From: Desulfobacterales bacterium
GTDB lineage: Bacteria > Desulfobacterota > Desulfobacteria > Desulfobacterales > UBA5852
Length of the DNA: 64,000 bases
Reading direction: 5' to 3'
Assembly (NCBI GenBank): GCA_963674755.2
Contig: CAXXVS010000003.1
Location: 1,920,001 to 1,984,000 of the forward strand
Every line of letters starts with the position of its first letter. Position 1 is the stretch's first letter. The translations under genes and the position numbers were made by a program. Of this stretch, positions 45,025 through 55,615 are shown in pieces. A model generated the notes under the pieces. It made no database searches. It saw only the letters and a list, made by a program, of their open reading frames with translations, and was not told the DNA's origin.

Positions 45025-45912
45025 GTGAGAGGTTATGTTTACATCTTTGCGGCGGCCGCGCTCTGGGGACTGATCGGACCCTTTGCCAAGCTGGCCTTTC
45101 AGGAGGGGGTCTCCCCCCTCGAGGTGGCCTTCTGGCGGGCGGTCCTGGCATGGTGTTGTTTCGGGCCCCAGGCGCTGGTGCAGCGGCAGGTCCGGGTGGC
45201 GCTCGCCGATCTGCCGATCCTGGGCCTGTTCAGTCTGACCGGCGTCTTCTTTTTTTACGGTTCTTATCAGTTGGCGGTCCAGCAGGGGGGGGCTGCCCTG
45301 GCGTCGGTTCTGCTCTATACGGCCCCGGCCTGGGTGGCCCTGCTGGCGGCCCTGTTGTTCAAGGAAAAGATGACGCCCATGAAGATGGTGGCCCTGGCGG
45401 CCACCCTGGCGGGGGTGGCGCTGGTCTCGCTGGGCTCCGGTACCGGCCTTGCCGGCGGTGGGGGGAAGACGGCCTCCGCCATATTCTTCGGTTTGGTGGC
45501 GGGTTTCTGTTATTCCCTCTACTACATCTTCGGCAAATACTTCGGCGCCAGGTATTCCGCTGCCACGGTTTTCTTCTATATCCTTCCCATGGGGGCCGTC
45601 TGTCTGATCCCCTGGCTGCACCGGATGCCGCAGTCCGGGACCGCCTGGTGGGCGTTGCTGTGGATCGCCCTGCTGTCCACCTATGGGGCCTACCACTGCT
45701 ACTATGCCGGCCTTAAACACCTCGAAGCGGGGCGGGCGGCCATCGCCGCCACGCTGGAGCCGGTGGTGGCGGCGGTGGTGGCCTTTTGCTGGTGGGGGGA
45801 ATACTTTACGCCGGCGGGCTATATCGGGAGCCTGCTGATTCTGGCGGCGGTCGTTTTGACGATCCGCGATCAATCAGGGGCGGCGCCCCGGGATGGAGAG
45901 GACACCCCATGA
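45025..45912 (+). CDS. EamA/DMT family transporter
   Basis: About 10 hydrophobic segments, LLYTAP and LEPVVA motifs; GTG after AAGGA. Confidence 0.88.
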   Translation: MRGYVYIFAAAALWGLIGPFAKLAFQEGVSPLEVAFWRAVLAWCCFGPQALVQRQVRVALADLPILGLFSLTGVFFFYGSYQLAVQQGGAALASVLLYTAPAWVALLAALLFKEKMTPMKMVALAATLAGVALVSLGSGTGLAGGGGKTASAIFFGLVAGFCYSLYYIFGKYFGARYSAATVFFYILPMGAVCLIPWLHRMPQSGTAWWALLWIALLSTYGAYHCYYAGLKHLEAGRAAIAATLEPVVAAVVAFCWWGEYFTPAGYIGSLLILAAVVLTIRDQSGAAPRDGEDTP

Positions 45913-46859
45913 AACAGCTCCTCCATGTTCCGGAAAGCAACGCGTCGCCCGCCGCCCTGTCCCGGGCGACGCTTTACGGGCTGATGGCCCTGCATGTGGG
46001 ATGTGCGTCGGCGACCTATATCTTCGGCAAGGCCGCGGCGGTCGGCTTCGACGATCCCGCCGTCCTGACCCTGCTGCGGTCTTGCGGGGCGGCGGTGCTT
46101 TTTTTGTTGCTGACCGGTACGCTCATTCCGGTTCCCCGTTTCAGACTGAGGGAATGGGGCCATCTTTGCTGGCTGGGTTTTCTGGTAGTGCCGCTAAATC
46201 AGTATTGTTTTCTGCGCGGGCTGCAATACACGGTTCCCAGTCATCCGGCCCTGCTCTATGCGTTGACCCCCCTCGTGGTCCTCCTCCTGGACAGCCTGCG
46301 TCTGAAAAGCATGCCGCCCCCGGCCAAGCTGACCGGTGTTTGCCTGGCCTTGGCGGGGGCCGCCGTTATCCTGCGGCCCTGGGAGCGGGGCGCGGAATTC
46401 AACCGTATCCGGACAGGCGATTTGTGGATATTAGCCGCCGTGCTCAGTTGGGCGATCTACACGATTGCGGCGCGGGAGTTTTGCCGTGCCCACGATCCCC
46501 GGGCGGTGACCGCCTGGAGCCTGATCATCGGGGCCGTGATGACCTTGCCGATCGCGGTAAGTCATCTGATGGCGTTGCCCTTGGCGGCCATCCCGGTCCA
46601 GGCCTGGTTTTCGCTGGCCTGGCTGGCGGTGATCACCAGTGTGGTCATGATGCTGCTGTGGAATGCCATGCTGCACGATTTGGGCCCGGTGGAAGTGGCG
46701 ATTTGCACCAACGCCCAACCCCCCGCCACCGCTCTTCTGACCGCCCTTTTGGCCGGTCTGGGTTGGCTGAGCCGTCAGCAGGACCTGGGACTGCTTTTCT
46801 TTTCCGGGATGGTGCTGGTGATTGCGGGGGTGGTGTTAGTCCAATTCAGACGCGCCTGA
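45909..46859 (+). CDS. EamA/DMT family transporter
   Basis: About 10 hydrophobic segments; ATGA overlap with the upstream gene. Confidence 0.85.
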   Translation: MKQLLHVPESNASPAALSRATLYGLMALHVGCASATYIFGKAAAVGFDDPAVLTLLRSCGAAVLFLLLTGTLIPVPRFRLREWGHLCWLGFLVVPLNQYCFLRGLQYTVPSHPALLYALTPLVVLLLDSLRLKSMPPPAKLTGVCLALAGAAVILRPWERGAEFNRIRTGDLWILAAVLSWAIYTIAAREFCRAHDPRAVTAWSLIIGAVMTLPIAVSHLMALPLAAIPVQAWFSLAWLAVITSVVMMLLWNAMLHDLGPVEVAICTNAQPPATALLTALLAGLGWLSRQQDLGLLFFSGMVLVIAGVVLVQFRRA

Positions 46860-46861
46860 AA

Positions 46862-47006
46862 CGTGCCAGTCCAGAGGCGGCATCTTTTGGCCCAGCCCGG
46901 CGTTCTCACGTTTTTGCAATCCTCGGCGTAGCACCACTACGCCTGTGGTTCCGAAAACGCTGCGGCCTTGGTCTGAACCAAAATCTACCCCCTCTGAACA
47001 GGCACG
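46862..47006 (+). repeat. Nested-hairpin family copy
   Basis: Outer IR cgtgcc..cagagg / cctctg..ggcacg; all conserved motifs present; starts 2 nt after stop. Confidence 0.92.
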
Positions 47007-47071
47007 GCCTCAATGTCGGCCCGTTTAGCATTTCAGGATGGCGCACCTCCGTCTGTCATATGAACGCTCGT

Positions 47072-47809
47072 TTATTGCAGGGTTTCTTTTAAAAATTCCA
47101 GGAAACGTCTCCAGGACTTTTGGTCGGCATCTTTCCGGTAGCGGTCGCTGCCGAAGACGGTAAAGGCATGGGGGGCGCCGCCGTAGGTGATCATTTCGTG
47201 GTTGACCCCGTACTGCTCGAATTGATTGGCCAGGGCCGCGAACTGATCCATGGTGATATTGGTGTCGGCCGTGCCGTGCAGGATCAGGTACTTCCCCCTG
47301 GCCTTGGCGTAATCCTGTCCGGCGGGGGTTTCCAGCCCGCCGTGAAAGGTCACAAAGCCTTTCATGTCCGCCCCGGAGCGGGCGTATTCCAGGACAGCGG
47401 CCCCCCCGAAGCAATAGCCCATCACGACGGCATTGCCGATAGCGGCGCCCTGAGCCCGGGCCGCATCCAAGGCCCCCTGGACCAAAGTCCGCATTTTGGC
47501 GCGATCTTGGTACAATTCCCCGGTCTGCTGGCGCTTGTCTTCGATCTTGGTGGGGCGTACCCCGGCCCCGAACAGGTCCGCGGCAAAGACGGCGTAGCCT
47601 TCCGCGGCCAGCATCTCGGCGCGTTTGACTTCATAGTCGGTCAAACCGTCCCAGTCGTGAATCAGCAGCACGAGCGGTGCCTTGGGGGAGGGGCTGACGA
47701 AATAGCCTTCATAGGGTTCGCCGTCGACCGTGTAGGTCACATTCGTGCCGGCGGCGCCGGCGGCGCTTACCATGGCGATGCTCAACATGAAGCTATACAA
47801 GGATTTCAT
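47072..47809 (-). CDS. Dienelactone hydrolase family protein with signal peptide
   Basis: HDWDG, GYCFGG nucleophile elbow, HGTAD, HAFT. Confidence 0.9.
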   Translation of the reverse strand: MKSLYSFMLSIAMVSAAGAAGTNVTYTVDGEPYEGYFVSPSPKAPLVLLIHDWDGLTDYEVKRAEMLAAEGYAVFAADLFGAGVRPTKIEDKRQQTGELYQDRAKMRTLVQGALDAARAQGAAIGNAVVMGYCFGGAAVLEYARSGADMKGFVTFHGGLETPAGQDYAKARGKYLILHGTADTNITMDQFAALANQFEQYGVNHEMITYGGAPHAFTVFGSDRYRKDADQKSWRRFLEFLKETLQ

Positions 47810-48029
47810 GGGTTGTCTCCTGAATACGTTGGTGTTGATGTGGGGGTCGGCGCAACGGCGGCCTGCGCAGGGAGGTGCGCCGAAAACCCCCATCCGGCGG
47901 ATTTAGGGAAGTTAGCGCCAAAATGCGTATTGTAAACAGAAGGGGGTGAAGCGGGCGGGACCACCTGAAGCGGTTGGCCCGGCGGCAGGTTCCGCCCGGA
48001 TCGGGGACAAAAGCCTGCCAGCGGCGTCA

Positions 48030-48221
48030 TCAACCGGTTCTGACCGCGATATGGCGGGGGTTCGCTTTTTCAAGCTTGGGCAGGGTCAGCCGCAACGCGC
48101 CGTCGGTGCATTGCGCTGCGATCCGGTCATGATCGGCGGCTTTTGGCAGGGCAAAGCGCCTCGTGTCGCGGCCGGTTTCGAATTCGATCAAAATGCCCGA
48201 TTCTTCGGCATCTTCCCAGGG
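48030..48221 (-). pseudogene. Remnant of an Hsp20/alpha-crystallin small heat-shock gene (C-terminal part only)
   Basis: Translates PWEDAEESGILIEFETGRDTRRFALPKAADHDRIAAQCTDGALRLTLPKLEKANPRHIAVRTG*; no in-frame start upstream of it before the TAA at 48288-48290. Confidence 0.7.
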
Positions 48222-48335
48222 GCGCTGGCCTATTATCCTGCCGTGCGGGGCGGAGACGGGGGCATCCCCTATCTCCGCCTTTTTGCGTTATCGCAGGGTG
48301 CCTCCTTTAGCTGAAGGCGGCCCTATATGACGGTG

Positions 48336-48947
48336 TTAACCCGCGAGCCGGGCGGCAATCGATGCTACATGCCGGCCCTGGAAACGGGCGGCTTCGAGCT
48401 CGTTCTCGCTGGGCATGCGTTCGCCGGAACCGCCGGCAATGGTGGTGGCGCCGTAGGGTGAACCGCCGGTGATTTCGTCCGTGCGCATCTGGCCCTGGAA
48501 GGCGTAGGGTAAGCCGACGATCACGAACCCCTGGTGCAGGAGGGTGATGTGGAAGGACAGAATGGTGGACTCCTGACCGCCGTGCTGGGTGTTGCTGGAA
48601 GCGAAGACGCTGCCGACCTTGCCCACCAGGGCCCCCTTGGCCCAGAGCTGGCCGGTGGCATCCAGAAACTGGCGCATCTGGCCGCACATGTTGCCGAAAC
48701 GGGTCGGGGTCCCGAAAATCACGGCATCGGCCTCGGCCAGTTCGTCCACCGTACAGACCGGAATGGGGGCCATGGCTTTCTGGGATTCGACCGCACCCAT
48801 CTTGGCCAGAACATCATCCGGCAGGGTTTCAGGCACCCGCCGCAGGACGGCCTCGGCCCCTTCGACCTGCCGCACGCCCTCGGCAATGGCTTGGGCCATC
48901 TGGTGAATATGGCCGTACAGGGAATAATAGACGATCAATACTTTCAT
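48336..48947 (-). CDS. wrbA: NAD(P)H:quinone oxidoreductase, WrbA type
   Basis: [31 protein letters not shown]. Confidence 0.95.
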   Translation of the reverse strand: MKVLIVYYSLYGHIHQMAQAIAEGVRQVEGAEAVLRRVPETLPDDVLAKMGAVESQKAMAPIPVCTVDELAEADAVIFGTPTRFGNMCGQMRQFLDATGQLWAKGALVGKVGSVFASSNTQHGGQESTILSFHITLLHQGFVIVGLPYAFQGQMRTDEITGGSPYGATTIAGGSGERMPSENELEAARFQGRHVASIAARLAG

Positions 48948-49062
48948 GAGGAATCGCTCCTTTTCATTTTCGGTTGTTGTTCAATTCGGGGCGGCCCCGT
49001 TGTCCGAACCGTTGCGGTGTCCGCCGGAGGACGGATCGAAAACCGATAGCCGATAACCGCGC

Positions 49063-49497
49063 TCAGCCGATATCAATGCTCTCCGCGCGATGGCCGATGG
49101 TTTTCAAAAGCCGGACCAATGTCTCACGCTCGGACGGGGTCAAGGCTTCGGTCACCCGTTCCAGATTGGCGGCGTGTTTGGCATAGGCCCTGTCGATAAC
49201 GGGCCGGCCGGTGTCCGTCAGGTGGACATGGCAGCGGCGACCGTCGCTGGCATCCCGCTGACGCCGGACGTAGCCCTTGTGCTCCAGGCGGTTGATGGCC
49301 GCCGTCATCGATCCGCTGGTCAACAGCGCTTTTGCCCCTATGGCCGTGATGGTGAGCGGGCCTTTATGCATGAGGGCCTCCATGATGGTAAATTCGCTGA
49401 GCTGTAAACCCGTGTGAGCGATGCTGGCGCGGTCGATCTTTTCGATCGTTTTGGCGGCCTTCCAGAGCACCAGTCGTATGTGTGCTGCCGTTGTCAT
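49063..49497 (-). CDS. MarR-family regulator (MhqR-like)
   Basis: LSEFTIMEALMHKGP...LLTSGSMTAAINRLE...DGR winged helix. Confidence 0.9.
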   Translation of the reverse strand: MTTAAHIRLVLWKAAKTIEKIDRASIAHTGLQLSEFTIMEALMHKGPLTITAIGAKALLTSGSMTAAINRLEHKGYVRRQRDASDGRRCHVHLTDTGRPVIDRAYAKHAANLERVTEALTPSERETLVRLLKTIGHRAESIDIG

Positions 49498-49517
49498 GAA
49501 GGAAAGCTAAGGGGTGT

Positions 49518-49535
49518 TATCTTGATGTCAAGATA
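49518..49535. promoter_or_regulatory. MarR operator overlapping the -35 of the marR promoter
   Basis: Perfect palindrome TATCTTGA-tg-TCAAGATA containing a minus-strand TTGACA. Confidence 0.75.
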
Positions 49536-49642
49536 CTTGTGGGGATCGCCCCGCAAGGGCGTTGACTTTTGGCAGGCCGGCCGCTAAGTCGATTTTGTGA
49601 AGCGCCCTCGGGCAGACGAAACGGTCGTCGGTGGGTGCCTAA

Positions 49643-49830
49643 CAGGCTGTGGCTAAACGGCGCCCCAGGCCGAAAGGCGGCGTTGTCCCGCGCTGCGGGA
49701 GTTCTCATCTGGTTCTATGGGCTAAGGCGAGTCCCGCCCTCGCGAAACCGCCGCTGCAACCCTGATGGTTGCTGCGCTTTTCGCAGCGCACGGCGCCTTG
49801 CCTTTCGACCTGTTGGTGATCCACAGCCTG
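49643..49830 (+). repeat. Diverged nested-hairpin family copy
   Basis: IR caggctgtgg/ccacagcctg; inner stem cagg.cgaaaggc / gcctttcg.cctg flanking ggcgtt ... gcctt. Confidence 0.65.
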
Positions 49831-49867
49831 CTGAGTCCCATTACAAAAAAAGCAGCAGACCTGATTC

Positions 49868-51241
49868 ATGAACTTGAAAGATATCCCCCGGGACCTCCTG
49901 GAAGCATTGCTTGAAAACCCGTACGAGAGCCTCATCCTGATCGATGCGGACGGCATCGTGCGGTACATGAGTTCCTCCAACGAGGGGGTCTATCCCATGC
50001 CGGTCAAGGAGGCCGTCGGCAAGCCTATCCGCGAGGTCAGCCCGCATACCCGGCTGGACCGTGTTCTCAAGACCGGCAGGGCCGAAATCGGCCGCAGCAT
50101 GGTATTGAAGAGTAAGAACCGGGTGATTGCGCGCATTCCCCTCATCCATGACGGACGCATCATCGGGGCGGCCGGCAAGCTGATGTTCATGAGCCCTCAA
50201 AAGCTCAAAGAACTCTACGACCGCATCGAAAACCTGGAAACCAAGATCGACTTCTACCAGAGCGAACTGAACCAGGTTTACGGCGGGCGCTATTCATTTG
50301 AGAGCATCATTGGAACCTCCGAGCCGATTCGAAATGCCAAGGAACTGGCCCGGCAGGCCGCCGCCACGGATGCCGCCGTCATCCTTACGGGCGAGTCCGG
50401 CACCGGCAAGGAACTCTTCGCCCACTCCATCCACCAGGCCAGCCGGCGCCGAGATCAGCATTTCGTCCGCGTCAATTGTGCCGCCATTCCCGCCGACCTG
50501 ATCGAATCGGAGCTGTTCGGCTATGAAGCCGGCGCCTTTACAGGCGCCCGCAAAAAAGGCAAAGCCGGCAAATTCGAGCTGGCCCACAAGGGGACCATCT
50601 TCCTGGATGAAATCGGCGACATGCCCATGACCCTGCAGGTCAAATTGATGCGGGTGCTGGAGGAAAAGGAGGTGGAGCGCATCGGATCGCGCAGACCCAA
50701 ACCGATCGATTTTCGCGTCGTCAGTGCCACCAACCGGGACCTGAAAAAGCTGATCGACAAGCAGGCCTTCCGGCTGGACCTCTACTACCGCCTCAACGTC
50801 GTCCATATTCACCTGCCCGCCCTGCGGGAAATTCGCGCCGATATTCCCGCCATCTTCCACCATTTCTTCGACCGCCTGTCCGTCGGAAAGAAGCCGCGAA
50901 TCCGAACCGTTGCGCCGGATGCCCTGGCGGCGATGCAGCAGTATGTCTGGCCCGGAAACATCAGGGAACTGCGCAACGTGGTGGAGCGGGCCATGATCGT
51001 CTGCCGGGGCGAGGCCATTACGCGGTCCGACCTGCCTCTCGAAAAGAGCGTGGCGCCGGACGTGCCCGCCTTCACCGACGGAGTGCTCCCTTCCCTGAAG
51101 CAGTTGCTGCAGGAAACCGAGCGGCAGGCCATCCTTGCCGCCCTCGAGCATACCGGCAACAACAGGGCCGAGGCGGCCAAGATTCTGGGCATTCATCGCA
51201 CCGGCCTTTACCAGAAAATGAAAAAACACGGCATCCCCTGA
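49868..51241 (+). CDS. PAS-domain sigma54-dependent activator (bEBP)
   Basis: N-terminal [31 protein letters not shown]; Fis-type HTH. Confidence 0.95.
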   Translation: MNLKDIPRDLLEALLENPYESLILIDADGIVRYMSSSNEGVYPMPVKEAVGKPIREVSPHTRLDRVLKTGRAEIGRSMVLKSKNRVIARIPLIHDGRIIGAAGKLMFMSPQKLKELYDRIENLETKIDFYQSELNQVYGGRYSFESIIGTSEPIRNAKELARQAAATDAAVILTGESGTGKELFAHSIHQASRRRDQHFVRVNCAAIPADLIESELFGYEAGAFTGARKKGKAGKFELAHKGTIFLDEIGDMPMTLQVKLMRVLEEKEVERIGSRRPKPIDFRVVSATNRDLKKLIDKQAFRLDLYYRLNVVHIHLPALREIRADIPAIFHHFFDRLSVGKKPRIRTVAPDALAAMQQYVWPGNIRELRNVVERAMIVCRGEAITRSDLPLEKSVAPDVPAFTDGVLPSLKQLLQETERQAILAALEHTGNNRAEAAKILGIHRTGLYQKMKKHGIP

Positions 51242-51305
51242 GCGGGAACCGGAAATGCCGTCCCCCCCTCCGTATAGGGGTATTCAATGAATAACCTTCG
51301 ATACA

Positions 51306-51394
51306 TGTATATAGTCTTCTACAATCAGATGAATTATTCATAATATCAGACTATTGTGTCTGATATGCGCTGGGGTTGTAGAAGCTTGCCGACA
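51306..51394. promoter_or_regulatory. Two putative upstream activator sites (TGT-N12-ACA)
   Basis: tgtatatagtcttctaca (51306-51323) and tgtagaagcttgccgaca (51377-51394) in an AT-rich spacer. Confidence 0.6.
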
Positions 51395-51494
51395 ATGCCC
51401 TCCCCCGATGACTATCGGCCCGCATTGTTTTCGAGTAAAATTAACCCGATAAAATTACAGATAAATACAGCTTCTGTGGTAGGCGTCAGGCGTG

Positions 51495-51511
51495 CTGGCA
51501 GAGTTGTTGCA
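51495..51511 (+). promoter_or_regulatory. Sigma54 (-24/-12) promoter
   Basis: CTGGCAGAGTTGTTGCA, GG-N10-GC, downstream of a bEBP gene. Confidence 0.8.
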
Positions 51512-51611
51512 AATTGACGATCGAGAATGGTCGTTCCCTTCACCGGCTCTACAAAAACTTCCGTTGACCGATGGTCATGCGCAGGATGGGCTGCGCCCGA
51601 GGAGGCTCCTA

Positions 51612-52487
51612 ATGGGAATCAATTATGTATTGGTGGTGGGCTCAGGGTTAATGGGCAGCGGCATTGCGCAGGTGTGCGCCCAGGCCGGAATCCGGGTCGT
51701 CCTGAACGATGTGTCCGAAGAGACGCTGGAACGCGCGATCGGGAATATTGCCTGGTCGGTGGGCAAATTCGTCGAGAAGGGCAAGCTTCAGGAGAAGAGC
51801 GAGGTCATCATGGACCGGATCGCGACGAGGACCAGCCTGGATGACATCGGCCCCGTCGATCTGGCCATCGAGGCGGTGTTCGAAAAAATAGAAGTGAAGC
51901 ACGAGATTTTCAGGAAGCTGGACCAGGTCCTGCCGCCGGAGGCCATGATCGCCTCCAATACGTCGGCGATTCCCATTACCGAACTGGCGGCGGTCACCGA
52001 CCGGCCCGCCCATGTTCTGGGCCTTCATTTTTTTAGTCCGGTGCCGATGATGGTCGCCGTGGAAGTCATCCGGGGAATCGCCACCAGCGATGCCACGGCC
52101 GAGGCCGGGCGCCGGTTTGCCGGCCAGATCGGCAAGGAGCCCATCATGGTCAACCGCGACGTGGCCGGGTTCGTGATCAACCGCATCAATTTCCCTTCGA
52201 TCATCGAGGCCATGAATCTGGTGGAAGCCGGGGTGGCCACGGTCGAAGACATCGACAAGGGGCTGCGCCTGGCCTCCGGCCGCAAGATGGGCATCTTCGA
52301 GACCGGCGACATGGTGGGCCTGGACGTGACCTACGGCGGCATGACGGCCATGTATAACGAAACCGGAGACCCCCGCTTCTATCCACCCCTGCTCCTGCGG
52401 CGCAAGGTCAAGGCCGGCCATCTGGGCCGCAAGACCGGCCGGGGCTGGTACCGCTACGATGAAAACGGCAACCGCATCAAAAACTGA
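51612..52487 (+). CDS. 3-hydroxyacyl-CoA dehydrogenase
   Basis: GSGLMG, SNTSAI, GLHFFSP; GGAGG SD. Confidence 0.92.
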   Translation: MGINYVLVVGSGLMGSGIAQVCAQAGIRVVLNDVSEETLERAIGNIAWSVGKFVEKGKLQEKSEVIMDRIATRTSLDDIGPVDLAIEAVFEKIEVKHEIFRKLDQVLPPEAMIASNTSAIPITELAAVTDRPAHVLGLHFFSPVPMMVAVEVIRGIATSDATAEAGRRFAGQIGKEPIMVNRDVAGFVINRINFPSIIEAMNLVEAGVATVEDIDKGLRLASGRKMGIFETGDMVGLDVTYGGMTAMYNETGDPRFYPPLLLRRKVKAGHLGRKTGRGWYRYDENGNRIKN

Positions 52488-52507
52488 CCGCCACGGGAGA
52501 GCCGCGC

Positions 52508-54295
52508 ATGGGCAGCTTCAAAGTCAACCAAAAGGATCTCTTTTTCATTCTCAAGGATCAGCTCAACTACGGCAGCTTATGTGAGCTGCCGCGCTACCGG
52601 GATTTAAATGAAAAAACCCTGGATCTGCTGGTCACCGAGGCCATCAGTTTTGCCAAAGGCGTGGTGGACCCGCTCAACGCGGTGGGCGAAACGCAGCCGG
52701 TTCGCTTCGAAAACGGCCAGGTGGTCTGCCCACCCGGTTTCCGGGAAGCTTTCCGGCAGTACGGACAGGACGGCTGGACGGCCGCCGTCCGAGATGCCAC
52801 CTATGGCGGGCAGGGGTTCCCCCACATGATGCGCATCATCGTGAACGACCTGATGTACGGCGCCTGCCAGTCCTTCAACATGGCCCCCAGCCTGACCCAC
52901 GGGGCCGCCCATCTGATCGAGAGCTTCGCCACGGAAGAATTGAAGACGCGCTTCGTGCCCAGGATGTACGATGGGACCTGGTCCGGCACCATGTGCCTGA
53001 CCGAACCCAACGCCGGATCCAACCTGGCCACCCTGGAAACTACAGCCTTCCGCGAGGGGGATCATTTTAAAATCAAAGGCAGCAAGATCTTCATCTCCTG
53101 GGGCGATCACGACATCGCCGAGAATATCGTCCATCTGGTGCTGGCGCGGATCGACGGGGCGCCGGAAGGGGTGCGGGGCATATCGCTGTTCATCGTGCCG
53201 AAGTTCCGGGTCAACCCGGACGGCCGTGTGGGGGCCTTCAACGACGTGGTATGCACCGGGATCGAAGAAAAGCTGGGCCTGCACGCCTCCCCCACGGCAG
53301 CCCTGACCTTCGGCGGCCAGGACGACTGCCTCGGCCATCTCTGCGGCCAGGAAAATCAGGGCCTGGCCCACATGTTCCAGATGATGAATTCGGCCCGCAT
53401 CAACACCGGGGTGAGCGGCATGGCCATGGCCAGCACGGCCTATCTCAATGCCCTGGCCTACACCAGGGAGCGCCGGCAGGGGCGGGACCTGAGCGGCCAA
53501 TCGGCAGGTGAGGTGCCCATCATCGCGCATCCGGACGTACGCCGCATGCTGCTGTGGATGAAGGCCATGGTGGACGGAATGCGCTCTATGATCTACGCCG
53601 GAGCCCTCTGGGCCGAGCTGGCCGGCGAACTGCCCGACGAGGAGCGGCGTATCCATTACGCCGACCTGGTGGACTTCATGACCCCCATTATCAAGGCCTA
53701 TTGCGCGGACATGGGCTTCCGGGTCTGCGAGACAGCCGTCCAATGCCTGGGGGGCTACGGCTACTGCAAGGACTATCCCCTGGAGCAATACCTGCGCGAT
53801 GCCAAGATCATGTCCCTCTACGAGGGCACCAACGGCATTCAATCCATGGACTTGATGGGCCGCAAGATGACCATCAAGAAGGGGGCCTGTTTTGCGGCCT
53901 ATCGCCGGGAGATCGAGGCGTTCTGTGAGCACCACCGCCTCGATGAAGACCTCGGCGACCGGGTGCGGGCCCTGGCCGGTGTGGTGGAGCGGCTGGGGGA
54001 AGCCGCAGCCGAGATGACCGCGCGCAAAGAGGCCGATCCGCTCCTGTGGGCCGCCAGCACCTATCCCGCCCTGATGGCCTTCGGGGACGTGACCATGGCC
54101 TGGCGCCTGCTGGATCTGGCCATCATCGCACGACCCCTTGCGGACAAGAAGGGGGCCAAATACGATTTCCATCGGGGCAAAGTCTACCAGGCCAAATACT
54201 TCGTGGACATTACCTTGCCCCATACCCTGGCCACCATCGATACCTGCCTGCGGCCGGGCCGCGAAGTGGTGGAGATACCGGTCAACGCTTTATAG
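52508..54295 (+). CDS. Acyl-CoA dehydrogenase, long (~600 aa) type
   Basis: MCLTEPNAGS, QCLGGYG, LYEGTNGIQSMDL. Confidence 0.92.
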   Translation: MGSFKVNQKDLFFILKDQLNYGSLCELPRYRDLNEKTLDLLVTEAISFAKGVVDPLNAVGETQPVRFENGQVVCPPGFREAFRQYGQDGWTAAVRDATYGGQGFPHMMRIIVNDLMYGACQSFNMAPSLTHGAAHLIESFATEELKTRFVPRMYDGTWSGTMCLTEPNAGSNLATLETTAFREGDHFKIKGSKIFISWGDHDIAENIVHLVLARIDGAPEGVRGISLFIVPKFRVNPDGRVGAFNDVVCTGIEEKLGLHASPTAALTFGGQDDCLGHLCGQENQGLAHMFQMMNSARINTGVSGMAMASTAYLNALAYTRERRQGRDLSGQSAGEVPIIAHPDVRRMLLWMKAMVDGMRSMIYAGALWAELAGELPDEERRIHYADLVDFMTPIIKAYCADMGFRVCETAVQCLGGYGYCKDYPLEQYLRDAKIMSLYEGTNGIQSMDLMGRKMTIKKGACFAAYRREIEAFCEHHRLDEDLGDRVRALAGVVERLGEAAAEMTARKEADPLLWAASTYPALMAFGDVTMAWRLLDLAIIARPLADKKGAKYDFHRGKVYQAKYFVDITLPHTLATIDTCLRPGREVVEIPVNAL

Positions 54296-54320
54296 TTTTA
54301 ATAAGAGGAGAAAAACGCCG

Positions 54321-55562
54321 ATGCAGGACGTCGTCATCGTAGAGGCCGTGCGCACCGCCGTAGGCCGGTATCTGGGTGCCCTGAAAGAGGTGGAAGCCTA
54401 CGACCTGGCCGCCCAGGTGCTCAATGCCGTGGTGACGCGCAGCGGGGTCGCACCGGAACAGGTGGATCAGGTCATGATGGGCCAGTCCTACCAGAACGGC
54501 GAATACGTCAACATGGCCCGCATGGGCTTGCTGACCGCCGGTTGGCCGGAAGCCGTGCCCGGCACCACCGTGGACAGCCGCTGCTGCACCGGTCTGGATG
54601 TGGTGCGCCTGGCCGCCGCCCAGATTGCCGCGGGCCAGGTGGATATCGTGGTGGCCGGCGGGGTGGAAAGCATGAGCAATGCCGAATTCTATTTGCCCGG
54701 TCGGGTGAAGTGGGGCGTCGGCGGCCCCGGCATGCCCCGCGGCCACGGGGATCCCTCCATCTGGGGGCTTTCCCTCTACGACCGTATTCAGCGGGCGCGG
54801 GTCATGTCTCAGCCGGAAGGACGCTACGGTGTTTTACCCTCCATGATGACCTGGGCCGAGACCGCCGCCAGAGAAGAGCAGATCAGCCGGGAGGCCTGCG
54901 ATGCCTGGGCCTTAGGGAGCCACCAGAAGGCCTGTGCCGCGTGGGAAGCGGGTGTCTTCGCGGATGAAATCGTTCCCATCAGTGTGCCCCGTCCCAAACA
55001 GGAGCCGCTGGTATTCGAGCGCGATGAAAATCCCCGGACCGACACGACCCTGGAAAAACTTGCCCGGCTGCGGCCTGTGTTGGGAGGGGTCTGCACGGCC
55101 GGCAACAGCAGTTCCGAAAACGACGGGGCCGCTGCAGTGTTGATGATGTCGGCGGCCCGGGCGGCCAGGCTGGGACTGACCCCCCTGGCCACGGTGCGAT
55201 CCTGCGTGCTGGCGGGCGACGATCCCCGGCGGGCTTATCAAACGGTGCCGGTGGCCGTGGCCAAGGCTCTGGACCGGGCCGGGCTCGCGCTTTCCGCCAT
55301 GGACTTGATCGAAATCCAGGAAGCCTTCGCCGCCCAGGTGCTGGCCGATTTGAAGCAGATGGGGGTGGGCCCCGATGATTATGAGCGGGTCAATGTGAAT
55401 GGATCGGGCATCTCCCTGGGGCATCCCATCGCCTGCACTGGCACCCGCGTGCTGGTGACCCTGCTGCACGAGATGAAACGCCGCCAGAGCCGTTTCGGGC
55501 TGGAGTGCATCTGCGGCGGCGGAGGGCTGGGCATCGCCGCCGTATTCGAGCGTGTGGCCTGA
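54321..55562 (+). CDS. Thiolase (acyl-CoA C-acyltransferase) with QEAF variant motif
   Basis: DSRCCTG, QEAFA, GHPIACTG, CGGGG. Confidence 0.9.
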   Translation: MQDVVIVEAVRTAVGRYLGALKEVEAYDLAAQVLNAVVTRSGVAPEQVDQVMMGQSYQNGEYVNMARMGLLTAGWPEAVPGTTVDSRCCTGLDVVRLAAAQIAAGQVDIVVAGGVESMSNAEFYLPGRVKWGVGGPGMPRGHGDPSIWGLSLYDRIQRARVMSQPEGRYGVLPSMMTWAETAAREEQISREACDAWALGSHQKACAAWEAGVFADEIVPISVPRPKQEPLVFERDENPRTDTTLEKLARLRPVLGGVCTAGNSSSENDGAAAVLMMSAARAARLGLTPLATVRSCVLAGDDPRRAYQTVPVAVAKALDRAGLALSAMDLIEIQEAFAAQVLADLKQMGVGPDDYERVNVNGSGISLGHPIACTGTRVLVTLLHEMKRRQSRFGLECICGGGGLGIAAVFERVA

Positions 55563-55615
55563 CCCCCCTTAGGCCGCGTTTTCGTCAAACAGGGCATGAA
55601 TCGGGGAAAGTTAAC

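Noticed and set aside
47946..48314. 122-aa plus-strand ORF
   Set aside because: Antisense to the Hsp20 remnant, with no motifs or SD
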